Assembly (NCBI GenBank): GCA_028023455.1
Contig: JAQFVV010000005.1
Location: 9,052,001-9,116,000, forward strand
Length of the DNA stretch: 64,000 nt
Origin: Epiperipatus broadwayi
Taxonomy: Eukaryota > Animalia > Onychophora
Direction of reading: 5' to 3'
Shown here: positions 50,840 through 64,000 of the stretch, in pieces
Layout of the letters: each line of letters opens with the position of its first letter
How positions within the stretch are numbered: the first letter of the stretch is position 1
Notes under the pieces: generated by a model
The model's database searches: none
What the model was told of the DNA's origin: nothing
Seen by the model: only the letters and a program-made list of their open reading frames with translations
Position numbers and translations under genes: made by a program

Positions 50840-52050
50840 AGGAATTCCACTTGTTTAAATTAATGGAATTATCAACCCCCTGCATTTAATGTATGGGATA
50901 AACATCAAACATTAGGATATTATTCTCTTATTGCTTCCTAAAGGATTAACTCATTCATTTTATGCAAAACTAGTTCTAACATCAGCCCAAGGATAACTAA
51001 TTTATAATTGTTGATACTATAGCTATGAATGCAACAAAACTTATAAAGTGTTAAATAAAATTTTCTAAAATGGATTGTTACAATCACACAAACTGGAATG
51101 GAACTAATAATTGTAATTCACTGCAAATTTTTGGAAAAATCATTCTATTAATCTATGCTTCAAATCTTAATTTCTGAGAGGATTAGTCCATCGTGTGGAT
51201 TTCTTGTTAAATGTACATTATTAAAATTATTGCCAGTAAAGTATCAATAGTCTTTAGATGCTGCTTCAGAAGTATGATATGACCAAACATAATGCTTTCG
51301 AACCAAATTTGGAGATTACTTATTAAAAGTGATTCTTGTGAATTTTATTCTAAAATTATGGATTTTTTTTTTTCAAGTTATTAATGTTGGTATTATAATA
51401 TTAATAAAGTTCTCAAGAGAATGCTGATATATAAGAAGGTACAGGTAACTACCTTATATTATTACTGATATGTAAATATAAATGTAATGCCTGTTATATT
51501 TTGCATTGGAGATAGGTTGGATTAAGTTAAATTAATTTATAAACCTCTTATGTTTAATTTTGTTATACTTGTCCTTAGCCTCATGCCATTCCGTCACAAA
51601 CATCCTGAATAGATAATTAAATCACCAGGGAATATTTACCTTTATTGCGCCTAGTAAATATATATAATTTGATGGTTGCTATACCATGCAGCAAAGCACT
51701 CTTGTGGTATTAATAATTCTAAATTTATTTGTTAGTGGAGGTTTTCTCCTAACTAAAGATTGGAACTGTAACATAATTTATATAAGCTAGACAATATAGC
51801 ACTTCATGACGATAAAATGGTCAGATTTTAGAAATTATGTACTTGTATAGCATTGATACTTGTTCCTAAAAGAATTAAGTAACTGGACAAATCTTATAAG
51901 TGAGGTTGCTAATGGACTAAATACCATTGTGAAAAAAAATTAAGGACATCGTAAAACATTTCATCACCTATAATTAACATGCATTGAATGAATAATGTAT
52001 AACCCTCTTCAATACAGTGTTTGGTATTTGTATCATTTTATTGACCATAC
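50840..52050 (-). pseudogene. Possible highly decayed Penelope-like RT/GIY-YIG remnant
   Basis: Only scattered motif-like patches in roughly the right order (MVFSPLA for MGSPLS; PYISAFS for PYI.G.S; EAI...N...G...W). Needs an HMM search. Confidence 0.25.
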
Positions 52051-54554
52051 ACATAATCATAACTCAGTGTTAGATTATTTAAAGAGAAAAAATAATATTT
52101 GTAATTAGTTTACAGAGAACTTTTGATATTAGAAGTGCATTTATTGTTTGTTGATATTTTGTTGTTTTATTTTATATAATTGTTATTAATAATAAAGTGA
52201 TTACTATAATTGTAATATGGTTGTTTGTTATTACTGAAATCATCATCTTTTAATGTTGAAATAAAAGAGATCATACTTCCACTTTGTTAAATCAATTTTC
52301 TTTATTGGATCATTTGTTATTTCTGTATCTAGTTGGATAAGTTAATCCTAAATTTTAATTTTATTTAAATAAATACTTTAATTAGATTTCGCTGACAACC
52401 CTGAGAGATTTGATTTAACTTTACCTTTAATCTGGGAGTGAAAGGGTTAATTGTTAGCTCTATCTGAATAAAAATACTCATTGTTTTAAAGTAATTCTTT
52501 ATCCATTGTACATTGCAATATAGTTAGTGCACATAAGAAAACATTAAGATTATTTTGTTAAATCCATCAAAGTCCCCTAAAGGTATTTAACCATTGTAAT
52601 AATTATACATATCACAATTTTATACAATAATTATTTATTATTGCTTTTAGAGGGATAAAACAAATACATGTTCCTTTTATTTTACTTTCCATAAAGGTGC
52701 ATATAATGTCAAACACATTTCACATAAATGCACTTAACCCACCGTCTTTTGCTCCTGTACAATTGTGACCTAAATTTTGGGTTACAATACTGTGAACTAG
52801 AAATTAAAAAAAAAATCCATCAATTTTTAGAATTTTTTTTATTGTAAAATGGGAAATCATGGATATAGAAATTGCAGACATGAAAGAACTACTATTTAAT
52901 TATTTGTTGTTAGAGAAGATTTTTTATGATGTAGAATTGGTGATTTATCCTTCATTTAATAACTAGATAGTAATAGATTAGTCACTTAAAATAATTTGGA
53001 GTTTACATGTAAGTTTCTGGATCCATCCAAGATTCTAGGTCTATATTATGGACTCGAGGGAGAGCATTAAATTATTGATGATTTTAAGAAATATTATAGT
53101 CTCTCATTTTCTGAATATCATCTATTCAATTTATTGTCTGACAAATGAACATTTTATTATTTTATGATAATTCAAACACTGGAGATCATTAAAATTTCTA
53201 ATTCAATTTCAAGATATGGAGTTAATTGTAAATAAATTAAAATATGGCCATTAGCCAATTGCCAATGTCTAGTCATTTTTACCAATGCGTCTTCATGATA
53301 ATGGCAAATGCAGAAAATAGTCTGAGAATGGGAATTGTGCTGCTGCCTGTTAATCAGGTTTATGTCTGAAAAATGCTAAGAGAAGCCTCTCATCCAGACT
53401 ACTTACTCCATACTATGTTGTGAAAATGTCATGATTTGAGCAGTTAACTATTTCCCCCCCAATTATTACTCTTCACAATTGCAGAACTATCAAGTATATT
53501 GTGATCTAGGTTTATGCTATGATGCAAACATTGTTTCCAAACATCATCTTCCAAATATTAATGCATCACTCCATTCGAGAACATATCAATTTGAGAAATT
53601 TAAGCATGAAATTCATACGACTTGAATTACATGTTGTTAACCATGTATTAGCCATTCTTGAATAAAAAAAGAAGTCATTATCTTTTATGACCATGTCTCT
53701 GAATTTGATAAAAATAAACTTTAGAATAATAGTTTTTTTTGTGCATGAAATAGCATAGCATATATGTTTGTTATTTTATCCAATCCCAGTCAAACTACAA
53801 TTAAAATTCACCTAAAAGCCAGAAATTAATGCTAATTTTGAGTACAGATTTAAACACGTTTTTTCTACAATTGCACCTTTAGTTCTACACATATCAAAGA
53901 ATCTCATTATTTTAATCATAAATTTAGTTAAATACAACTAGCAGCTTGTTTTTTCCATTAGTATATTAAAATGAATTCTTATCAAATGTAATTTTTTAAT
54001 TATAACACTCATCTTCATCCATTACTTTAGTGATCATTCCAGTTAATCACATCTATCTTAAAAATGATTTTTTTTCTTAGTATCATGCAATAAATTCATA
54101 ACAGTTCATCTCTTATTTTTTTAGCAATGTGGTCATAATCTCTGACTAGTGTTAATGTTCTTTTTTTCATCATTTAGTCTAATCACTGCTGCAGCATATT
54201 GCTAAATATTCTTTAGAATTTGATATGTTCAGAAATTTAATAGTTTAAATTCTTATAGAATGAAAGTCTTTCATTAGCTGATGCTTAATGGCAACTCCTA
54301 CTCATTCATTTGTTCTTAATATCTGGATATAATCTTTGTGTTATGACACTTAAATCTGGCTCATTCATTTGGTTGGCTTAAATCTAAATCATTTTATAGA
54401 TAATTTGTAAATATTTTAATAAATATACAAATATATCAGTCATAAAAGACAATTTGTAATTCTTAATATACATTTTTCATCTTATTAGCTTCTTCCAGAT
54501 ATTGAATATATTAAGACAGAATATAGGATTTGTGCTTATATGTTGAATTATTTC

Positions 54555-55345
54555 TTTTATCTAGTATATAGGATATATGAGCACAGACTTTCACACGACT
54601 CTCCACTCTATCTCATAACATTGATACACCTGAACAGATATATGTTGAAAAGATAAATAATCACCAATATATGTATTTCATGCTAAACCAGCAATCATAA
54701 GTTGGTCCAGATTACCATCTCTACACATATATGCTATAAGTGCTCAGATATATATTAGAATAGCCAATCTTCATACTTTAATGGACAGGCTTCAATCTAC
54801 TCCAACTCTTCAACCATCCATCCAATTGAAAATCTGATGATGGAATGCTCAAAGGCTACTCTGAGGCTGAGATTCTTGTCACATCCATGTTGGCCTAAGG
54901 TCAATCTGACCCCTCATGTACAGGACATAATCCATTTAATACATATACAAGGGATGGGCAGACATCTCTACTATATAATAACTGAATCACAGGTTTATTA
55001 TATACCTGTGTCTATATATGTAGTATATAGGGTATATGTGCACAGACTTTCAAACAACCCACCACTCTATCTCATAACAATGATACACCTGAACACATAT
55101 ATGTCAAAAAGATAAATAATCACCAATATATGTATTTCATGCTAAACCAGCAATCATCAATTGGTCCAGATTACCATCTCTACACATACACATATATGCT
55201 ATAAGTGCTCAGATATATATTAATATAGCTAATCTTCATACTTTAATGGACAGACTTCAATCTACTCCAACACTGTCCATTCAATTGAAAATCTGATGAT
55301 GGAATGCTCAAAGGCCACCCTGAGGCCAAGATTCTTGTCACACCC
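54555..55345 (+). repeat. Tandem ~460-bp repeat (family E, ~1.7 copies)
   Basis: 54560-54890 is repeated at 55020-55345. Both copies contain CTGATGATGG, but no intact downstream GAAA. Confidence 0.8.
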
Positions 55346-55492
55346 AGGTAAATTGTTAACTTTTTAACAAAAGTTTAAACTTTATTTATATTTTTCCAAA
55401 TACATTTAATTGTTAATAACACAGAGAGTAGTATATAACACAATATTTTATATTGCATTTTTTCTCTTTTCTTTAGTTTTTGCTGGTGTTTG

Positions 55493-55610
55493 GCATAGTC
55501 TAGTTGGTTAGAGTATCATCCTAAAATTTAGTATTCACTAATCTCAAGGTTAACAGTTCATTTCATGTTAGACTGTCACTGTTCAAATCAATAATCTCTG
55601 AAGTACTTTT
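55493..55610 (+). mobile_element. Third, truncated copy of the tRNA-headed SINE-like repeat
   Basis: A-box-like TAGTCTAGTTGG, colinear with 37234-37333, ending at CTCTGAAG (start of the hammerhead core). Confidence 0.5.
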
Positions 55611-56499
55611 AAACATTACATCATTACTGACAAAATTGAATTGTTTAATGAAAAACATTACACAAGGTTAATGAGAAATTAAGTACATGGAATGTTGTGA
55701 TATGTTTCTTGTTAGATTTAGTCTTTACTATGCATTTTTTGTACTGCAAGTTTTTTAGGATTTATATTGCTCTTGCTTTCTATTTGATGTCAAGATCTAA
55801 ATCTCTGGCATAAAATTTTGTGTATTTTTATATTTTCAGTCACTTGTATATTATATATTTAAAAGTGACTGATCTGATATGAGTGCATCTGTTGAAAATG
55901 TATTCATCTACAGTGCCTTGTAGTTTTGTACAATAACATGCCTAAAAGTTTACTTATTTTTTTTATTTGTTCATGATATGTGATTATAAGCCATATTGTT
56001 ATTAAGATACTTGAAGTTCTGAGCTGTTTTTTAAAGTAATTTTTCATGTGTCACACATAGATTTTTGTCATTGTTTATGATGAATTTTGAAAGGCACCTT
56101 TTAATAAGCCAATCATCATTTCACTATTTTTTTTAAATACACTTAATAATTTTGTTTTGTAATTGACTATTAAATTTGTTTAATTGAGTAATTCTTTAAA
56201 AATAAAATAAAACCTTGTAACTTTATAAAAATGTTTAAAATTTGTCAAATCCATAAAAAGAAAAATATCTCGGATTGCCAATGTAGAATCATTCCTCCAC
56301 TGATAAATGATGGGCTCTTCTTCATAAGATTTGTCATCAATTTGTTGACTAGGATTTTCATGAGTTGCAGTTACTTATTTGTTTACTGTAAATAGTAATA
56401 GACTGATTATTTAAAATGAATTTTGATCCTGTGTGATGAGTTTATTAAGCCACACTATGTTATGATTTCAACAGAGAACATATTGACTATTAAATTTAT

Positions 56500-57553
56500 T
56501 ATTATAAGATATAATAAAATATCTATATATACAACAAAAAACATGAAAAAAATAAATTTTCAATAGAAAAGCTTTTTTCGATACATACAATTTGTATCTT
56601 TTTCAATATGTCTGCTGACGATTACCGTTAAATACATATAGCGACATCTATTCATAATAAAACCAACTAAAACAATATCAACATCATTATTTTACAAATA
56701 TATACAATACAACATAAAAATTATATATATTCCTTCATTGAGTATAGGATATTCAAATATACTCAAAAACATATAAAATATATTAATATTGACATTTTGC
56801 CTAACTATCTTTCCATTCATCTAATTTTAGCCAATTATTAGTCAAATTAATTGAACCTTTATAAATGTTCATGCAATTACTACCATTATTTTTAATATAA
56901 CTAGTTTCATATACTTTACGCCTATTAACATTTTTCAAGTAATTTAGTGCAAATATATTTTTAGTACAATCTATTTTATAAAGGTTCAATTAATTTGACT
57001 AATAATTGGCTAAAATTCATAAAATAGATTGTACTAAAAATATATTTGCACTAAATTACTTGAAAAATGTTAATAGGTGTAAAGTATATGAAACTAGTTA
57101 TATTAAAAATAATGGTAGTAATTGCATGAACATTTATAAAGGTTCAATTAATTTGACTAATAATTGGCTAAAATTAGATGAATGGAAAGATAGATAGGCA
57201 AAATATCAATATTAATATATTTTATATGTTTTTGAGTATATTTGAATATCCTATACTCAATGAAGGAATATATATAATTTTTATGTTGTATTGTATATAT
57301 TTGTAAAATAATGATGTTGATATTGTTTTAGTTGGTTTTATTATGAATAGATGTTGCTATATGTATTTAACGGTAATCGTCAGCAGACATATTGAAAAAG
57401 ATACAAATTGTATGTATCGAAAAAAGCTTTTCTATTGAAAATTTATTTTTTTCATGTTTTTTGTTGTATATATAGATATTTTATTATATCTTATAATAAT
57501 AAATGTTTATTGTTTAAAAATAACAACATAAAAGTTTTAATTCTTTTTATATG
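56500..57553. mobile_element. 5'-truncated Penelope-like element 3' end duplicated as a near-perfect palindrome, with tail and 15-bp TSD
   Basis: Arms ~56494-56979 and ~57019-57504, unique tail 57505-57553, GACTATTAAATTTAT at 56485-56499 and 57554-57568. Arm ORFs (RRKVYETSYIKNNGSNCMN..GSINL..NW) resemble the C-terminus of the PLE GIY-YIG domain. Each arm holds a hammerhead motif. Confidence 0.75.
57387..57437 (+). ncRNA. Minimal type I hammerhead with U3-A8 covariation (mirror copy at 56561-56611, minus strand)
   Basis: Core UUGAAAA (57392-57398), bulged A, stem II GAUACA/UGUAUC, GAAA, palindromic stem III AAAAGCUUUU, C17 at 57432. Stem I is weak (3-4 bp). Confidence 0.6.
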
Positions 57554-58221
57554 GACTATTAAATTTATCTGAATTTCAATTGATATTCATTTATCATCTA
57601 ATAAGTGAACTCTAATGAATACTTAATCATATTATGGTAATGATTTAAACACTAGAGCTCTTTAAATTTTACAATTTAGCTTCAAAATATATTCTAAAGA
57701 GTGGCCACTAGTAAATTATCAATGGTAATCAATTCTATTTACTTTGTTATGCATTATATGAAATCACAATTCTGTAAAAAAAAAAAATTGTTTTTGTTTG
57801 AGCATAGTGAACAGTATAGGGAAAACTGCAGATATATGTGAAGGACATTTGTCAGTGTTTGTTATAGTACATTCAAAAAATGGTATCATTTTATCAAATG
57901 ATATTTACATAGTTAACTAGAAGATTGGTATAACTATTCAGTCACTGATTTGTTAAGATTTATTTTTCAAGATTAACATTTAGAATATGTGACTCTAACT
58001 ACAGTAAGGGTTTGGTAATAAATTGTCATTTTTTAATTTTTTTGATAAATATAAAATTGATTTTTTTTACTCAATATATACTTTTATTAATACTATATAT
58101 ATATATTGTTTAAGTGCTGAATGCTTCCAATGAATTTACATATATATTATATTTAATGATTTCATGGTTATATGATATAAATAAAGTAGTTTTGGGGTTA
58201 AACCATGTATTATTTTATACT

Positions 58222-58531
58222 ACTTACTAATGTTACGATGAAATATCATCTGCCATTGTCAAGGTTAAGATTTTAAAGCAAAACTGTTAGATCTCAAGTA
58301 GTAACAAGATAGAATGTGAGGTAAAGAATGAGATTGAGCATGGAAGTATTTGAGCATTCAAAAGAAAATAAACATTTTGTTAATCCATAGATTCTGAATG
58401 CTCAACTACTTCATGCTCAATCTCATTTTTTACCTCACACTCAATCTTTTTATTATTTGAGATCTAGTGGTTTTTCTTTAAAAAGTTAAAGTTGACAATG
58501 GCAGATGCTATTTTGTTGAAGCATTTGTTTA
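58222..58531. repeat. Diverged foldback (inverted arms of ~140 bp)
   Basis: 58228-58360 is the reverse complement of ~58395-58527, with substitutions. Confidence 0.75.
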
Positions 58532-60369
58532 ACTCAAAAACTATTTTATATTGAACCGAATTCATCCGTAATACCTTACCTTTACTTTTGTTTTATCAGC
58601 TTGATATTCAGAATATTATTTATTCTCTGTATGTTATTTTATTATATTCAGACATTATTTATTTACTAATATCTTATAATTTTATTTATTACTTATTAAC
58701 ATATATTATTTATATTTCATGATTATTTTGTCTTCTATAACGACCATGGAATGGACTGGCACTTCAAGCAGAGAGAATACCATTGATAGCTTAACCATCA
58801 ATGATACCTATGGCCAGATTGAGTCTATGTAATGCATAACACGATCACATTTCCTGACCATAACCCACCTCTATACTGCTGGAACAAACACCCATCCTCC
58901 ATTTTATTTTTGTGGATAAAACTCAGGTGACATCCAACTCTATAGATTATATATAGCCAGCATGCTTGGATGACAAGTCATGAATCCAGTGTTTGAAAAA
59001 TCCCAAGCTAACTCCTACTCTTAATCAGGTGGTCCAGTGCATTTAACTTAACACATTAGATATTTATACCCTTAAACTAATGGTGAAGTGACAAGAGAGA
59101 GAGAATAGACCAAATACCAATTGAACAAACATTATTATTTATTCATGCACAAACAATTTTAATATAACATAATAAACTTTACATAAAGAAAATATACATG
59201 ATTAAATTAAGGCTAACTTTTTAGGATAGTCCTTCATTAAAAATCTTGTCATTCAAAAAAAAAAAATAAAGATTTTAGTTATTATTGAAAATATATTTAC
59301 CTAGGTTTTTCATGATATTAAGATGACATTTTCTTTGATTTGGTTTTCATTGGTTTGAATTTGCCAACCAGTTGGCTTTTTGGTCTCCATTGATGGTTTT
59401 ATGCTTATCCTTCCATTCTTTGGATCAACAATGTGAAAGAGTATGAGGCAGTGTATAATTCACAGTTTAGGCATTAGTTTCAGGCATTGATTTCAGGTGA
59501 TGACTGATGTAGCTATTTCTGCATTGATATCTTTCATGGCAGTAAGAATTGGCTCTCTACTGCACTTAAATCTTGGAATCTCTGGATGTCTGAATAATGC
59601 TGAATCAATCTGCTGTGAATCTCCTTACAAACTTAAGTGAATCTGAATACAAAACTGAAAACTAACTGTATAACAATAGCCAAGCTGCACTTTTATATTT
59701 CAACTCTTCCATTGTTTATTTCCTTATAGTTTTAATTTTTTTTATAACAAATCTATTTTAATTAATTTTTCTTTAATCTAATCTTTTTCTAGAGTAATCT
59801 ACTATCTTATCCCTTTTATGCTGATAAGATATTTACATGGTTTTTTAATTAATTCAATTACCAACTTTAATTTTTTATCAGCCAGAAATCTTTCAAACTT
59901 AACAGTGTTCCAAAAGTTTTCTATTACTAATTAATTTTTATTCTGATTTTTCACATTTACTTATTTTTAGACATTTATTCTTTTAATTTATAAAAAGAGA
60001 GAGGGTTTAAATCTTTTTTATTTTAGATTTTTCACTAAGATTTTGCTTCCACTTTACTCTTAATAAACAGCTTTATTCTAAAAATAATAACCCATCTTTT
60101 ATTTTAATTCTATTTTTGCAAATTTTTTTTTTCCAAACTATCTTTCATTTCTCATTTCTTAATAAATTTGATCATTTATTTTTAAATTATAAAAATATGT
60201 GAAGCAGATATATGTGTTTTATGATATATCTCACTAGTATTACAATATATATATATATATGTGTGTGTGTGTGTAGATAGATATTTTATTAACTCTTGGC
60301 CTTTTATTGCTTTATATTTTTGATTATTCATTCTATCACTACATTCTCATGTTTCTCCAACAAGTATAA

Positions 60370-60643
60370 ATGTGCCCAAACCAATCAAGATTATAAAAAT
60401 TTTGATCCATCTATGAAACAGATTGTTTCTGGAAAATAAAGCCTGTGATACTAATTATATATCATTACATAATTTGATATTGTAACATCAAATTCGGGGC
60501 AAATACATATACTTTTCAGGATTTGATGTTACAATACCAAATTATGTAATGATATATAATTAGTATCGCAGGCTTTATTTTTCAAAAACAATCTGTTTCA
60601 TAGATGGATCAAATTTTTTATAATCTTGGTTGGTCTGGGCACA
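60370..60643. repeat. Foldback or MITE-like inverted repeat (arms of ~122 bp)
   Basis: TGTGCCCAAACCAATCAAG...AACATCAAAT pairs with ATTTGATGTT...CTTGGTTGGTCTGGGCACA around a ~30-bp spacer. Confidence 0.8.
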
Positions 60644-62299
60644 TACTATTTCATAATTAGCTTCTCAAATTAGGGCATAAATTACAAAGCATCAGCACAT
60701 ACTTAATATTTTTATTGCATAATAGGATTATATATATATTGAGCTGGTATTTTTCGGCCAGCTCATGCATATTTTATTAAGTTATTTTTAAAGAAAAAAT
60801 AATGTGTATATGTTACTGTTAAAATAAAAAGATTTTATTTTAAATACTATTTTAAAAGTTTTGTTTTTCCTTTATGAATCTACATTTTTTTTAGTGAATT
60901 ATATTGAAATAGAGATTAGGATGGAATTTTAAAAGCTTTTCTTAGAAAAGTTTTTCTTTTGTTTCTAATTCAGAAAAATGGAAGGGGGAAAGGAAAAGAA
61001 ATATAGATTTTTTTTCTTATAATTAGTTCTATAGTTGAAACTTTAATTAGGAAAGGTATTTTGTTATCTATTGTGCTCACCAACTTGGAATGTTGCTATG
61101 AGATTAAAAAACAAAAAAGATCTTAAAAAAGGTGTGAATACAGACTGAGAGAAACTAAAAAGATTATAAATTGTGTAATTACCTTTTGTTCAATAAAGGA
61201 TATTTTTGGCTGCCGGTTGTGATCAGTTGCCTGAGTTTGATTCGGTACAGGCTTATTCAGAAGTTAACCACTACAAAAGCTAAATAAAATATAGATAATA
61301 TTTTAGAAAGTGCAGAGTGGCTAATAGACAACAAAACTTCCCTATTGGGGGACGTCTTCATCGGACATCACCAGGTACTGCCATGGAAATGACAGGCCAA
61401 GAAAGGAGTACTTGCAGAGCTAGTCAAGTACATAAGACTAGAATGGAAATAACAGACAATCTTTGGATGAAGGAAACATTATCATGAAAAGAATCAATAC
61501 ACTGATCGATCAGGGTAAATAGATTTTTGTTTTTCTTTATTTACAAACAGTATTCTTGATATGATATATAAACTATAATAGTGCAATAGAGTGGTGAAAT
61601 GCCTTTGCTACACCCTCAAAGAAAAAAAAAAGTTTCAACAATAGAAGGGGATGTTTCAATTTTTTTGATTACGTATCTTATGTTAATACAAATAATATAT
61701 TTTAGTATGTTTGCTTTTTTACCTAAACTAACAGTAAAGGTATATATGTCGAAATAATAATTATACCCTTGTGTTAAGAGCAATAAAAAAAAGTTGGAAA
61801 GAGTAGCGAGCTTCAAAATAGGGTTTAATGTTTGCAAGAGAGGGTTTGAATGTGTTATTAAACACATTCTTATTAGTAAGTCACCTTTAAGAGCACTCCT
61901 TGGTTGTATTTCCCGTGAGAATTAAGGATTATCGATACACTGGTATTAAGTGAAGGTGTGTGTTTCTTTGAGAACGATACGTTAAACTAGCAATAAGATT
62001 GATAGAGTGGGAAGTGAAAGAAAGGTTGAAAGAGATAAGAAGTGGGAAGAGAGAAAAAGAAAATCTTGGGTATAATTATAATCATAATATGGATAAATAA
62101 ATCGTAATTCAAAATGAAAGTGCTGTTTGTTTAATTCTGTTATTTAAAATTTTAAGTTTTATTTATTTTTATTTTTTAGCCCGATCATGTCCTTGATTTT
62201 ACATTTTTAAGTTACCGTTCGTTTGTTGAGCGTATCTCACAATCTGGTGATGTGATGCATTGTGGCTTCTCCTTAAACAGAGTCTGGAATCTCTCAGCA

Positions 62300-63295
62300 A
62301 CAATGCCCAGAGAAACCTGTTATCCACTTTATCTTCCATTCCCCACTCTAAATTTTTCCATATTCTGGTGATGTGATGTACTGTAGCTTCTCCTTAAATG
62401 AAGTCAAGAATCTCTCAGCAATTATGCCCAGAGAAACCTGTTAGCTACTTTATTTTACATTCCCCAGTCTAAGTTTTCCCATATTCTGCTCCATTCCATT
62501 TCCACAACATAATCTTTGTCAATTCTATGGCCTTTATTTCTAAATCCCCTTTATCTTTTCCCAAACCCAGCATAAAAACCAATAATCCACTTTCTGTATA
62601 ATCACTTTTTTCATATTTATTCTTCCATAACTTCATTATTGTGCCTTTTCTGTTTTCAGGCATTTACATTCAATTAACAGATGCCTATATTTTCTATTCC
62701 TTCCTTACATAATTTATAGACTAAATCACCCATATTTTTCCATTTACATGTATATTCTCTTGTTGCTAAAGATCCCGTTCGAGCCTTAAACAATAAACTA
62801 CTTTCCTTACTATTATCATATATTAACTCACATCTAATATTCGGTTTATTTCTATATATATTTAAACTCTTTTTACTCTCCATACTAGTTCTCCATCTCT
62901 CTAACTCCCTATTCTTTATTAATAAATCTATCCTTTTATCCCATTTCTTACCACTATAACACTCAACAACCCTCCTAACACAATCATCCCATCTTTTGTA
63001 CAAATGTACTGATATAAATTCTCCAAATCTTTTGCATACCACATTACCTTTCTCACCCATCTTGTTGCCTGCCCTTTACTCATAACTCAATTAAATACTA
63101 TTTTGGCTATTCTTTTATTATCCATAAACTGTAATCTATCAAACATTTTCATTTTACTTTTTGCATCTCTCATATGAAAACGTGACCATCCCATTTCTCC
63201 TTGAATTGCCTCCCTTGCTGTCCATTCATCTGCATCCAATGCATATCTTCCTAGTGGCTCCCTCATTCGATGATTTTGGGTTGTAATTTTTGGAG
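62300..63295 (-). mobile_element. 5'-truncated non-LTR retrotransposon 3' end (post-RT domain, RTE-X-like; clade assignment tentative)
   Basis: Minus-strand reading AREAIQGEMGWSRF...KSLNIYR...YDNSKESSLLFKARTGSLAT...LCKEG is characteristic of the C-terminal region of such LINE ORF2 proteins. Contains stops. Confidence 0.7.
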
Positions 63296-64000
63296 ATAAG
63301 GATTACTAAAATGTGATCATGACAAAATATCGCAGCACAATATTAATATTTCATTATAGTGCATATATTATTTATTGCTGTATGTATAATATAAATATTA
63401 CTTGTAATCTTTATTGTGCAGAGTAAACAACTTTGGTGATTTTAATAAAACTAATGCATTTTTAACATGGTGCATTATAATCATGGTAACAGTTTAGTAT
63501 AGCCATGATTTTATAATCAGTTTTGCTAAAAATGCATTAGGCTAATTATTGAAAACACTGAAATTATTCTAGATGGCAAGTGTAAATATTAATGCTATAA
63601 TTAATAGTATGTACTTATATAAATTATATATTTTTTTAAACAAAGACATTGCTTAAAAATTTTTATTCTAGAAAAAAATTATATAAAATTGATTATAATG
63701 CATGGGATCCAATAATATAGCATATTCCAAAATCAATGTAAATAACTGATACTTGATGCATATGTGATCCATCATTAAACATGTTATTCATTAGATTGTT
63801 TTAATATTACTCATAAATATTTTGTCAATTCCTAATTCAAAAATGAATATACATAGTTCTTGATAATTTAAAAAAAAAAGTATAATGCATATGATTACAC
63901 ATTTCAATCTTCATAAATTTCTTTCAGCGTACTGATTCCATTTTCAGGTATATCATCTAATTCTGAAAAATACTGAGGAAAAAAGATAAAATCTGCAAAA

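Noticed and set aside
52444-58202. GGGTTAA/TTAACCC motifs as piggyBac termini
   Set aside because: No TIR similarity beyond the TTAACCC core and no consistent pairing.
63905-63965. Possible terminal exon on the minus strand (LDDIPENGISTLKEIYED-stop after a pyrimidine tract and AG)
   Set aside because: Too short, at the window edge, and no homology recognised; needs the adjacent window or RNA-seq.

Overview
This is very AT-rich animal (probably invertebrate) genomic DNA, consisting mostly of transposable elements. The only well-supported host-type gene is an 11-finger C2H2 zinc-finger ORF (47371-48495) with decayed fingers upstream. Recognisable elements: a near full-length dead L1/Tx1-type LINE (~38.8-44.4 kb), hAT-Charlie and piggyBac fossils, a Ty3/Gypsy gag remnant, a tRNA-Gly retrocopy with TSD, and a 5'-truncated LINE 3' end. 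The most notable signal is a set of hammerhead-ribozyme-bearing repeats. It includes two related tandem arrays with covarying type I hammerheads (family A, ~417 bp x10; family B, ~456 bp x5), a tRNA-headed SINE-like repeat ending in a hammerhead, and a Penelope-like element 3' end in a ~1 kb palindrome. Five insertions (three of family B, one of family H, and the Penelope palindrome) share one architecture: inverted arms, a ~40-50 nt tail on one arm only, and 9-15 bp target-site duplications. This suggests a Penelope-driven retrozyme (circular RNA) system. An Illumina adapter and a deletion-riddled first monomer inside array A mean its copy number may be an assembly artefact. All structures were folded by eye; no database searches were run.
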